From: Bacteroidales bacterium
Lineage (GTDB): Bacteria > Bacteroidota > Bacteroidia > Bacteroidales > UBA12077
Direction: 5' to 3'
Length of the DNA stretch: 18,332 nt
Assembly: GCA_028282585.1 (NCBI GenBank)
Contig: JANQHR010000169.1
Span: 1 to 18,332, forward strand
The position numbers and the translations under genes were made by a program. This document shows positions 16,552 to 18,332 of the stretch, piece after piece. How positions within the stretch are numbered: the first letter of the stretch is position 1; every line of letters begins with the position of its first letter. The notes under the pieces are model-generated. The model was not told where the DNA came from. It saw only the letters and a list, made by a program, of their open reading frames with translations, and ran no database searches.

Positions 16552-17754
16552 TTAAACTTTCTCGAGTATAACGGCTATACCTTGCCCAACTCCTATACAC
16601 ATGGTACAAAGGGCTTTTTTTGCATTTGACTGCATTAATTGATATGCGGCTGTTGTAACCAGTCGTGCTCCGCTCATACCCAGTGGATGCCCTAAAGCAA
16701 TTGCTCCTCCCTGTGGATTTATTCTTGGGTCGTCGTCAGGTAGGCCAAGTTCACGAATACATCCTAAAGCCTGGGCAGCAAAGGCCTCGTTAAGTTCAAT
16801 AATATCCATGTCATTTAAACTTAATCCCAGCTTTTTCAACAACTCCTGAGTTGCAGGTACCGGACCCATACCCATAATCCGGGGAAGAACTCCTGCAGTT
16901 TTCATCCCTAATATCTTTGCCATTGGCTTTAAGTTATAATACTTTACAGCATTCTCAGATGCTAAGATTAACGCAGCAGCCCCATCATTTACTCCTGAGG
17001 CGTTTCCTGCAGTAATAGAACCTTTCTCTGATATGATCGGTTTTAATGTAGCCAGTTTCTCAATCGTAGTTGATCGTGGATGCTCATCTTCTTCAATAAC
17101 TAAGGCATCACCTTTCCGTTGGGGAATTATAACCGGAACTATTTCCCGGTCAAATAAATTGTTTAATTTTGCTAAATGAACTTTCTCTTGACTACGAAAC
17201 GCAAATTTATCCTGATCTTCGCGTTTAATATTAAAATCAGCAGCAATGTTTTCGGCAGTTTGAATCATTGATTCTGTGCCATATTTTTTATCGAGCAATG
17301 GATTAATGAATCTCCATCCTATCGTTGTATCATACATTTCATTAGACCTGGAAAATGCACTGGTTGCTTTACTCATCACAAAAGGTGCTCTTGACATGCT
17401 TTCAACCCCACCTGCAAGAATCAAATCTGCTTCTCCTGATTTTATTGCTCTTGCGGCAGTACCGATGGCATCCATTCCAGAACCACATAATCTGTTAATA
17501 GTTACGCCGGGAATGGATTCGGATAAGCCGGCAAGTAATAAAGACATTCTTGCAATGTTTCGATTATCTTCGCCGGCTTGGTTTGCACACCCTAACATTA
17601 CATCATCAATATCAAGCCAGTTGATACCAGGATTCCTTTCCATTAATGCTTTAATGGGAATAGCCGCCAAATCATCAGCTCTTACTGGCGAAAGAGATCC
17701 TCCATAACGGCCAACAGGAGTTCTTATAGCATCGCATATATATACTTCTTTCAT
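16552..17754 (-). CDS. pcaF: 3-oxoadipyl-CoA thiolase-like acetyl-CoA C-acyltransferase (PcaF/PaaJ type)
   Basis: [23 protein letters not shown] (catalytic Cys), [20 protein letters not shown] and CIGVGQG motifs. The ATG at 17754 is preferred over the TTG at 17760. Confidence 0.88.
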   Translation of the reverse strand: MKEVYICDAIRTPVGRYGGSLSPVRADDLAAIPIKALMERNPGINWLDIDDVMLGCANQAGEDNRNIARMSLLLAGLSESIPGVTINRLCGSGMDAIGTAARAIKSGEADLILAGGVESMSRAPFVMSKATSAFSRSNEMYDTTIGWRFINPLLDKKYGTESMIQTAENIAADFNIKREDQDKFAFRSQEKVHLAKLNNLFDREIVPVIIPQRKGDALVIEEDEHPRSTTIEKLATLKPIISEKGSITAGNASGVNDGAAALILASENAVKYYNLKPMAKILGMKTAGVLPRIMGMGPVPATQELLKKLGLSLNDMDIIELNEAFAAQALGCIRELGLPDDDPRINPQGGAIALGHPLGMSGARLVTTAAYQLMQSNAKKALCTMCIGVGQGIAVILEKV

Positions 17755-17771
17755 AATCAATTTTTTACGTT

Positions 17772-18332
17772 TTACTGCAATCCTTCAAGTTTGGGTTTAA
17801 TTAATCTGAATGCATTCAACATACCATCAGAAAGCCTGTCAACTTCTGTTTGTGCCATAACTGTTGAAAACATACAAGCACATGTATTTATCATCATTAT
17901 GTTTTCTTTATAAAAAAGATAATCAAGTATTTCGTTAATGATCGATTTTTTTTCTTTTGACTGGTAAGCTTCGCGATAGGTAGTTGGTGGCAATGATCTT
18001 AAGTGAATACGAAACATTGAACCTGCTCCTGTAATTGATATCGGTACATCTGCTATTCTTATGGCTTCTTCGATTTGATTAATGGCTTTTTTTGTTAGCG
18101 TATTTAGTTTCAGAATGGCTTCTTTGTCGAATAATTCCATAGCAATTCGCCCGGCAGTCATCGTGATTGGGTTTGCAGAAAAAGTACCGGAATGTGGAAA
18201 AAGCAACTTACTCTCACCAGGATCAAGTACTCTCATAATATCTGAACGTCCGGCAAATGCACCAACAGGAAATCCTCCTCCTATTATTTTACCCAGAGCT
18301 GTGAGGTCTGGCTTTACCGGATAATATTGCTG
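17772..18332 (-). CDS. Class III PLP aminotransferase (glutamate-1-semialdehyde aminomutase-like), 5' part outside the window
   Basis: The frame is open to the window edge: QQYYPVKPDLTALGKIIGGGFPVGAFAGRSDIM... (PLP Lys motif), then HSGTFSANPITMTAG. Confidence 0.9.
   Translation of the reverse strand, partial: QQYYPVKPDLTALGKIIGGGFPVGAFAGRSDIMRVLDPGESKLLFPHSGTFSANPITMTAGRIAMELFDKEAILKLNTLTKKAINQIEEAIRIADVPISITGAGSMFRIHLRSLPPTTYREAYQSKEKKSIINEILDYLFYKENIMMINTCACMFSTVMAQTEVDRLSDGMLNAFRLIKPKLEGLQ

Noticed and set aside
902-18324. Many 60-143 aa ORFs antisense to long genes (e.g. 902-1087, 3793-4050, 6386-6691, 10535-10828, 17276-17707, 18082-18324)
   Set aside because: They are shadow ORFs lying inside well-supported CDSs on the opposite strand.
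17772-18332. Assigning the symbol hemL
   Set aside because: The gene is partial, the motif deviates from HemL, and there is no tetrapyrrole gene context.

Overview
AT-rich bacterial window that looks like Bacteroidota, based on the S46 peptidase, a TAnnTTTG promoter box and the lack of clear Shine-Dalgarno sites. The left ~10 kb is accessory-like and has three minus-strand genes: a 768-aa exported hypothetical protein, an S46 dipeptidyl-peptidase, and an 816-aa membrane KAP P-loop NTPase with nuclease-like and EVE/PUA-like N-terminal domains (defence candidate). Long intergenic mosaics separate them. These contain intrastrand-triplex (BoxC/PIT-like) motifs, a 141-bp ~95%-identical direct repeat, a MITE, a probable IS end, and two diverged copies of a structured leader in front of the 768-aa and KAP genes. 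The right part is more ordinary. On the + strand are TfoX-like, CNNM/CBS and CutA-like genes. On the - strand is an operon of class III aminotransferase (partial), PcaF/PaaJ-like thiolase, TsaC/Sua5, a USP, an AI-2E transporter and an AbgT transporter. No rRNA, tRNA or CRISPR array was seen. All family calls come from motif recognition by eye, without database searches.
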